From Desulfotalea psychrophila LSv54 (GTDB taxonomy: Bacteria > Desulfobacterota > Desulfobulbia > Desulfobulbales > Desulfocapsaceae): DNA of 32,000 nt. A program made the position numbers and the translations under genes. The DNA lies in NCBI RefSeq assembly GCF_000025945.1, contig NC_006138.1:1530001-1562000 (forward strand). The letters are read 5' to 3'. Below are positions 25,941 to 32,000 of this stretch, in pieces (the first letter of the stretch is position 1; each line of letters opens with the position of its first letter). The notes under the pieces were generated by a model, which did no database searches, was not told the DNA's origin, and saw nothing but the letters and a program-made list of their open reading frames with translations.

Positions 25941-27557
25941 TTAAAGTGCTTCTTTTTGTAGTTGGCTCTTGAGGATTTCGCTCTTAAGCATTTCAATCTG
26001 TTCTATTTCGCTCTGGCGTTTTTCCATTTCGCTATGTTGCATTTCGCTCTTGAGGTCTTTTAGCAAAGACCAGAGCATAAAGATCATTCCGATACCAAAG
26101 GGGGCGCCGGCTATGATACATGCACTCTTTAATGCGCCGAGTCCGCCGCTTACTAAGAGGACAACTGCGAGGGTGCCGAGGAATGCGCCCCAAACCACCT
26201 TCATAAGGGTTTTGGGTTCGTAGGCACCCTTAGACATGAGCATGGCCACAAAGAATGAAGCTGAATCCGCCGAGGTAACGAGGAAGAGGATCATGTTTAT
26301 AAAGACAATAATGCTGAGCAATTTGGCGAAGGGAAGGGTGCTGAGTAGCATATATATGCCGGAGCCTACATCTGCTGAAATGCTTGTCCACATGGGTGCT
26401 GTCTGGTTCATCTCTGCCAGAATGGAAGAGCCGCCAACAATGGTAAACCAGACAAGGCTAAAGGCGGTGGGAGCTAAAACGGCACCTACGATAAAGCCTC
26501 GGATGGTACGTCCACGGGAGATACGGGCAATAAATCCGCCGACAAAGGGAGCCCAGGCAATGGTTAGGAGCCAGCAGAAGAGGGTCCAGCTGGAAAACCA
26601 CTTGCTGTGTTGTTGTAAGGGATCGGTATAAAAGGTCATGGGAATAAATTCACTGACATAGCTGCCTACGTTATTTACCAGCAGACGCAGCAGGGTATTT
26701 GTCTCTCCAAAAATAAGAATAAAGAGACACCATGAGATTGCCAGAATAATATTAACATTACTCAAAAAGGCCATGCCTCGGTGCAGTCCTGTTATGGCTG
26801 AAATAACATAGAGACCAATGATAATAGCCATAATGAGCAGCTTGCCCCCAACGCCAACTTCTATGCCGAAGATAAGTCCAGCCCCGTAGCTTAGGGAGAT
26901 AATACCAAGTCCAAGGGCAGTACTGAGTCCTCCTACCGTAGCAATGGCACCAATGGTATCGAGGAGACGTCCCCACACGCTGGTACTTGCCTTGTCACCA
27001 AGCAGTCCGTGTAGGGCAACAGAGAGGGTCATGGGGCGATTCTGCCTAAAGGCAGGAAAGGCAATGCAGAGGCCCACTATGGAGTAGCCCATCCAACAGT
27101 GAATACCCCAGTGGAATGATGCTATGCGAATGGCGACAGGAAGAGCCTCGGGGCTGCCGGCAACAGCGCCGTAGGGGGTGTTCATAAAGTGGAACATGGG
27201 TTCAGCAGCACCCCATAAAACATAGCCAACGCCAATGCCGCAACTAAAGAGCATGGCGATCCAGGTGGTGGTGCTGAACTCCGGTTCATCACCGGCCTGT
27301 CCCAGGGTAAGGTTGCCATATTTACTGATGGCAACGCCAAAGCCCACGATGATACAGAGGGCCATAATTGAGACGTAAAGCCAGCCAAAGGTATCTGCAA
27401 TATAGGCCCGTCCTGCCATGGCGTATTTACCTAAGATTTCAGGGTAGATGGCACCAAATACTACGATAGCAAGAGTTACCAGGGCGGTGGTATAGAAGAG
27501 AAATGGGTCGTATTGGCCCAGTAATCTTGTCATTAAATTGTTTTTTTGCTTCGACAT
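25941..27557 (-). CDS. BCCT family transporter (copy 2)
   Basis: 538 aa; FSCGIGVGYVLWGAAEPMFHF, HWGIHCWMGYSIVGL, WAPFVGGFIARISRGRTIRGF, FLVTSADSASFFVAM. Confidence 0.93.
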   Translation of the reverse strand: MSKQKNNLMTRLLGQYDPFLFYTTALVTLAIVVFGAIYPEILGKYAMAGRAYIADTFGWLYVSIMALCIIVGFGVAISKYGNLTLGQAGDEPEFSTTTWIAMLFSCGIGVGYVLWGAAEPMFHFMNTPYGAVAGSPEALPVAIRIASFHWGIHCWMGYSIVGLCIAFPAFRQNRPMTLSVALHGLLGDKASTSVWGRLLDTIGAIATVGGLSTALGLGIISLSYGAGLIFGIEVGVGGKLLIMAIIIGLYVISAITGLHRGMAFLSNVNIILAISWCLFILIFGETNTLLRLLVNNVGSYVSEFIPMTFYTDPLQQHSKWFSSWTLFCWLLTIAWAPFVGGFIARISRGRTIRGFIVGAVLAPTAFSLVWFTIVGGSSILAEMNQTAPMWTSISADVGSGIYMLLSTLPFAKLLSIIVFINMILFLVTSADSASFFVAMLMSKGAYEPKTLMKVVWGAFLGTLAVVLLVSGGLGALKSACIIAGAPFGIGMIFMLWSLLKDLKSEMQHSEMEKRQSEIEQIEMLKSEILKSQLQKEAL

Positions 27558-27750
27558 AATATCCTCAAAAGTCAGTTAGATGGGGGCAAAAATGTTTCTG
27601 CTGTTAACGGTCAAACTATACTACTGCCACCTCCTTCCGCTTTGCGGGGGCCAAACAATGATACCATCTAATGTTTTGTTAGAAGCTTTAACTGGTGTAT
27701 CAGATTTGGTAAAGAAAAAATTAATAGTCAATATTCGAGACAAATAATCG

Positions 27751-27770
27751 TGTAAAGACGAGTATTTACA
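27751..27770. promoter_or_regulatory. Candidate GntR-family operator (perfect-arm palindrome)
   Basis: TGTAAA-gacgagta-TTTACA in the BCCT-2/GntR intergenic region. On the minus strand its TTTACA arm could be the -35 of TTTACA-N17-TATTGA. Confidence 0.4.
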
Positions 27771-27841
27771 TTACTTTTTGTTGTGGCACAGCTACTCTGT
27801 TTTATTGGCCCCATCCTGGGACAGGGCCAAGGCTCTACTCT

Positions 27842-28519
27842 CTAATGGAAGTATATGGCAAATATATGTTCTTTATTGTACTCGAAATCCCAATGTCTCT
27901 CTTTTACATAGTATCGTAAATCTGTTTCATTCTTTTCCCGCAGGGCCCGAATGATCAGGTCATGTTCGTCACAGCCATCAAGGAACCAACGTTGCACAAA
28001 GTTGCGACGTGGCAGATCCCACAATCGATTTTGCACGGGGACAAGTATTCGTTCCGCAAACAGATTCGGTGCTACGGTCAGAAAATAGTCATGGGACTTT
28101 CTATGCAGGATATCGTATTGTTGAATATCTTCGGCGTAGATGCTTTTGCGCATCTCTTTCACCACCTCTTCCATCTCATCGAGGATGGATGCTGTATAAT
28201 GAGGCATGCCACGTATACAGAGGGTGTTTTCCAGTGAGCCAATAACTTCGTAGAGGTATTGAAAATCTTCTTTTTCAAGTTTATTTACAATGACCTTACT
28301 ACGGGGGTAAATCGTTACAATACCTTCAGCCTCCAAGCGAATAAGGGCATCACGCAGAGGTGTACGGCTAATTTGTAGATGTTCGCTTAACTCGGTAAGG
28401 TTGAGACTGTTACCGGGTAAAATTTCCCCCTCTTGCATACGTTTTCTTAAATAGTTGTATACTAGGTCACGGGCAACCCGAGAAATTTTCTTCTGGACTG
28501 TTTTCTTTTTATTCACCAT
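27842..28519 (-). CDS. GntR family transcriptional regulator (FCD-type)
   Basis: ORF track start 28528; alternative ATG at 28519 (MVNKKK). Winged-helix motif ILPGNSLNLTELSEHLQISRTPLRDALIRLEAEGIVTIYPR, all-helical C-terminal domain. Confidence 0.9.
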   Translation of the reverse strand: MVNKKKTVQKKISRVARDLVYNYLRKRMQEGEILPGNSLNLTELSEHLQISRTPLRDALIRLEAEGIVTIYPRSKVIVNKLEKEDFQYLYEVIGSLENTLCIRGMPHYTASILDEMEEVVKEMRKSIYAEDIQQYDILHRKSHDYFLTVAPNLFAERILVPVQNRLWDLPRRNFVQRWFLDGCDEHDLIIRALREKNETDLRYYVKERHWDFEYNKEHIFAIYFH

Positions 28520-28882
28520 ACCTCTCAAATATGTTTGTTGATATATCAGATGCTATTCGTTTTCTATTCCTCTTTTCCCATTCTGTCAAGAAAAAATAAA
28601 AGATGCCTCTCCGCAGGCTTCTTGTCGATTGTCACCTGTTCTTGGCGAGGCTATAGCAGGCCATTTCTTGCTCTGCTTAGATACTTCACCTGTTATAATA
28701 TGTACTTGGTATTTTTTTCTATAGCTGCCACTGCGTGGAAACTGAAAGAGGAGCAGGATTAAAGGAGGCAGATGGGGTAGAGGGAGAAATTGTCTAAGCC
28801 GATTCAGGAGAGATAAATATCATTAAACGCCCCTCGGTCTTTGCTTAGGAAATCGATTTCGGGGGTAAGCCATGGGGCTGAT

Positions 28883-29935
28883 CTATTTTGCAAAGCACGA
28901 TATTTGTTCAAGCCTATGGGATATTTTGACAGAGGCACCGACTCTGAGCTCTTCTCTGGCAAAGGTTAAGGTCTGACATATTTCTCCGCTGCCAAGTTTT
29001 AGTTGGTATAGGGAGCTCCCTCCACGAAAGGATTTGTGCGTCACCCGGGCCTCTATCTCGCCATCTTCCCCACAGTGAATCTCTTCCGGTCGGATGAGCA
29101 CTCTCACCTCATCGCCCCTCTTATGGGGACCGGAAATATTCGTCTTGAGGAGCCCCAGGGCGCACTCTATCTCTCCCGCTTCCATAACTCTCCCGCAGAT
29201 AAGTGCTCCGTCACCTATAAAGGTTGCAACCTCTGCTGTTGCTGGCTGGTGGTAAATATTATGGCAACTGTCCCATTGTTGCATCTTCCCATGGAATAAA
29301 AGGCCAATTTTATCGGCGACAGAGAAGGCCTCATACTGGTTATGGGTCACCAGCAGCCCTGTTGTCCCTGATTTCTTTAAAATATCTCTTACCTCTATAG
29401 TCAGCCGATCTCTTAACAGAGCATCGAGATTGGAAAATGGCTCATCGAGTAAAAGCAATTCAGGTTCAGGGGCAAGGGCGCGGGCAAGGGCGACGCGCTG
29501 CTGTTGTCCTCCCGAGAGCTCGTGCGGGTATTTGCCTAGGGCATCCTCTAAGCCAACCAGCTTCAGTAGAGAGCGGACCTTCTCTTTTTGCCTGGGGCGG
29601 GGCTTTTCCCGTATACCGAAGGCAATATTTTGCTCTACAGAGAGGTGAGGGAAGAGGGCGTAGTCCTGGAAAACCATGCCCACGGATCGTTTTTCAGGGG
29701 ATCTGCTCATCCCTGCAGCTGAAACCACCTCTCCATTTATCTCTATCCTGCCCGACTGGATTTCTTCAAAGCCTGCAATGGTACGAAGCAGGGTTGTTTT
29801 GCCACAGCCGCTGGGGCCCAGTAAACAGCCGATCTCTCCGCGGGCAAGTGAGAGAGAGACATTTTCGATGATATTCTGTTCATCGTAGGACTTGGACACA
29901 TTTTTTATCTGTAAAATAGTATCTTGGCTATTCAT
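28883..29935 (-). CDS. fbpC: Iron(III)-type ABC transporter ATP-binding protein (FbpC-like)
   Basis: ORF track start 30025; likely ATG at 29935 (MNSQDTILQIKNVSKSY) in TAATG overlap with the permease stop. Walker A GPSGCGKTT, LSGGQQQRVALARAL, LLLDEPFSNLD, TOBE-like C-terminus. Confidence 0.9.
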   Translation of the reverse strand: MNSQDTILQIKNVSKSYDEQNIIENVSLSLARGEIGCLLGPSGCGKTTLLRTIAGFEEIQSGRIEINGEVVSAAGMSRSPEKRSVGMVFQDYALFPHLSVEQNIAFGIREKPRPRQKEKVRSLLKLVGLEDALGKYPHELSGGQQQRVALARALAPEPELLLLDEPFSNLDALLRDRLTIEVRDILKKSGTTGLLVTHNQYEAFSVADKIGLLFHGKMQQWDSCHNIYHQPATAEVATFIGDGALICGRVMEAGEIECALGLLKTNISGPHKRGDEVRVLIRPEEIHCGEDGEIEARVTHKSFRGGSSLYQLKLGSGEICQTLTFAREELRVGASVKISHRLEQISCFAK

Positions 29936-31566
29936 TAAGCTTCCTCTGTTTGGCGGATAAGCAGGATCACGGGTATAATAGATGCTAAGACCAAGTATAA
30001 ACTTGGCAGGGCAGCTCGTTCCCACTCTCCTTCACTGGTGAGTTCATATATTTTTACAGCCAGGGTATCCCAGCCAAAGGGTCTGGTCATAAGGGTGATG
30101 GGCATCTCCTTAACAACATCCACCATCACCAGAATAAGTGCCGTTAGCAGCCCCTTTTTCAGGAGTGGAAGGTGGATGAGGCGAATCAGCCGCCGTCCCT
30201 TCACACCGGTGAGCGATGCCGCCTCATCAAGACTTGGACTTATGCCCAGCATGTTGCTGTCAATTGCGCTGAAACCGGCAGCAAGAAAACGGACAACATA
30301 GGCCATGAACATGACAAAGAGTGTGCCCTGAAAAACTGTGCCTATATTTACCTGAAATAAATACTGAGCGATGATCTGGAGTTGGTTATCAAGCCAAACG
30401 ATGGGAATAAAAATACCGATCGCCAGCACTGTGCCTGGCAGGGCATATCCTATGGTAGAGACCTTTGCGCATAGGAGGTTGAGTCTGTGCGGTGAACGTC
30501 TCTTTACATAGCTAAGCAGCAGGGCGCAGAGACAGGTCAACACTGCCGCTCCGCCGCCTAGAAAAAGTGTCTGTCCCGCCTGGCTGGCATAGTTGGGTAG
30601 ATCTTTTCCTGCCAGACCGATGGCCCAGTATACGAGTTGGATAACAGGCAGGACAAAGGCGAAAATGACCATCAGGGAGCAGGCTAGGGTCGCCCCCCGG
30701 GCCTGCCAGCCTTTGAGCTGGATTCTGCTATATGCATTTCTGCCCTTGCCATTTGAGTAAAAGCGCATTTTGGCTTTATATGATGCCTCGACCAATACCA
30801 GGACCAAGGCAAACAGCACTAAAATTGATGATAACTGGGCAGCCGCCTGCAGAGAAAAAAAGCCAAACCAGGCCTTATAGATGGCCGTGGTAAAGGTATC
30901 GTAATTAAAAACAGAGACTGTACCAAAATCTGCCAGTGTTTCCATTAAGACCAGGACCAGACCGCTGACAATCCACGGTCTTGCCATTGGCAGAGACACC
31001 TTCCAGAAGGCAATCCAGGGGCTCACCCCCAGGGTTTGGGCTGCCTCTATCAAAACTCGTCCCTGGCTTAAAAATGCTGCCCGGCTTAAGAGATATACAT
31101 AGGGATAGAGGGTGGCGCTTATGACAATCACCACGAATGGCCTTGAGCGCACCTCGAAGATGAGGTCTGAGCAGCCGGGGATCATCCTTATTACCGACTG
31201 AACCGGGCCCGCAAAGTCCATCACGCCTATAAAGATAAAGGCCATCACGTAGGCAGGGATCGCCATGGGCAGGGTTAAGGCCCAGGAAAAAAAGGATTTC
31301 CCGGGAAATGAGCAGGCACCTGTCAACCAGCCAAATCCAACCCCGAGAATGGTGGTGCAGACCAGAACTCCGGCACCGAGCCAGAATGTATTGAGCAGGA
31401 GAGAAGTCAGCACCGTTTCAGAGAGGTGTCGCCAAATTTCCTGCTCAGCCTGAAAGACCGAGCAGAAAATTACTCCTATGGGGATAACGACCAGCCCTGC
31501 CAAGGTAATTGCAGATATCTGCCAGCTATCCAGCCCGGCCAGTCGTAGTTTGAGGAAGGTTCGCAT
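29935..31566 (-). CDS. fbpB: Iron ABC transporter permease (FbpB-like)
   Basis: 543 aa duplicated-domain permease: GVGFGWLTGACSFPGKSFFSWALTLPMAIPAYVMAF, ILVMVDVVKEMPITLMTRPFGWDTLAVKIYELTSEGEWERAALPSL. Confidence 0.92.
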   Translation of the reverse strand: MRTFLKLRLAGLDSWQISAITLAGLVVIPIGVIFCSVFQAEQEIWRHLSETVLTSLLLNTFWLGAGVLVCTTILGVGFGWLTGACSFPGKSFFSWALTLPMAIPAYVMAFIFIGVMDFAGPVQSVIRMIPGCSDLIFEVRSRPFVVIVISATLYPYVYLLSRAAFLSQGRVLIEAAQTLGVSPWIAFWKVSLPMARPWIVSGLVLVLMETLADFGTVSVFNYDTFTTAIYKAWFGFFSLQAAAQLSSILVLFALVLVLVEASYKAKMRFYSNGKGRNAYSRIQLKGWQARGATLACSLMVIFAFVLPVIQLVYWAIGLAGKDLPNYASQAGQTLFLGGGAAVLTCLCALLLSYVKRRSPHRLNLLCAKVSTIGYALPGTVLAIGIFIPIVWLDNQLQIIAQYLFQVNIGTVFQGTLFVMFMAYVVRFLAAGFSAIDSNMLGISPSLDEAASLTGVKGRRLIRLIHLPLLKKGLLTALILVMVDVVKEMPITLMTRPFGWDTLAVKIYELTSEGEWERAALPSLYLVLASIIPVILLIRQTEEA

Positions 31567-31573
31567 GTCAGTC

Positions 31574-32000
31574 TTATTTGTACTCGGCGCGATCCATAAG
31601 TTTTATAGCCTCTGCCTGAAGCTCACCGTACTGAGCGACATTTAGTGGATTTCCCTTAAAATCACCCCATGTGGCCACAATCGGGTTGGCGGCAATACTC
31701 GGGTTAGCGGGATACTCCATATTCAAAGCGGCAAATTGCCCCTGGGCCTCCTCGCTGGATAACCACTCCACAAGTTTTACGGCCGCATCTTTATGTTTGG
31801 CGTGGGCGGTGATGCCTGCCCCGGAAACATTCATATGTACACCGCTGATCTCCTGGTTCGGCCAGAAGATGGCAAGAGGTAGCTCAGGGTTCTCCTTCAT
31901 AAGACGACCGAAGTAGTATGTGTTAACAATGGTCATATCTCCCAGGCCTGCAGCTACTGCTTTCATTGCCTTGGTGTCGTTGCTAAAAGGATCTGTAGCA
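31574..32000 (-). CDS. fbpA: Iron(III) ABC transporter substrate-binding protein, truncated by the window end
   Basis: Frame continues upstream of the listed Met to 32000 (..ATDPFSNDTKAMKAVAAGLGD). Iron-coordinating Tyr-Tyr motif MTIVNTYYFGRL and C-terminal LVEWLSSEEAQGQFA..NMEYP. Confidence 0.88.
   Translation of the reverse strand, partial: ATDPFSNDTKAMKAVAAGLGDMTIVNTYYFGRLMKENPELPLAIFWPNQEISGVHMNVSGAGITAHAKHKDAAVKLVEWLSSEEAQGQFAALNMEYPANPSIAANPIVATWGDFKGNPLNVAQYGELQAEAIKLMDRAEYK

Noticed and set aside
29430-29871. Plus-strand ORFs opposite the ABC ATPase gene
   Set aside because: Antisense to conserved ABC motifs; frames arise from the coding bias of the real gene.
1-32000. CRISPR arrays, phage/defence islands, transposases, tRNA/rRNA genes
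   Set aside because: Scanned for direct repeats with regular spacing, integrase/transposase-like ORFs and structural RNA; nothing convincing found.

Overview
This 32 kb bacterial window is densely coded. It holds no CRISPR array, rRNA, tRNA or transposase that I can recognise. Left to right it contains: (1) a minus-strand 5-oxoprolinase operon pxpA-pxpB-pxpC; (2) a divergent plus-strand purine module with two tandem adenine-deaminase-family genes, the first having lost canonical catalytic motifs, plus an NCS2-type permease and a strong terminator; (3) a PH-domain protein, a DMT-type efflux protein and a DUF4197 protein; (4) an Fe-alcohol dehydrogenase and a short Old-Yellow-Enzyme-type oxidoreductase; (5) a small membrane protein and rsgA; (6) a compact minus-strand operon of diaminopropionate ammonia-lyase, M24 hydrolase, BCCT transporter, YgeY-type M20 hydrolase and RidA, preceded by a sigma-54 activator gene and a near-consensus -24/-12 promoter; (7) GntR regulator, a second BCCT transporter and an agmatinase-family ureohydrolase; (8) an Fe(III) ABC transporter (ATPase, permease, and a substrate-binding protein cut by the window end). 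The most interesting candidate is (6), which looks like an uncharacterised catabolic route feeding 2,3-diaminopropionate (or a related amine) to DpaL/RidA and is architecturally parallel to ectoine degradation. The two BCCT transporters have altered residues where BetP binds betaine. The first adenine deaminase paralogue appears to be refunctionalised. The gene content resembles a sulfate-reducing deltaproteobacterium such as Desulfotalea, but that is only an inference.
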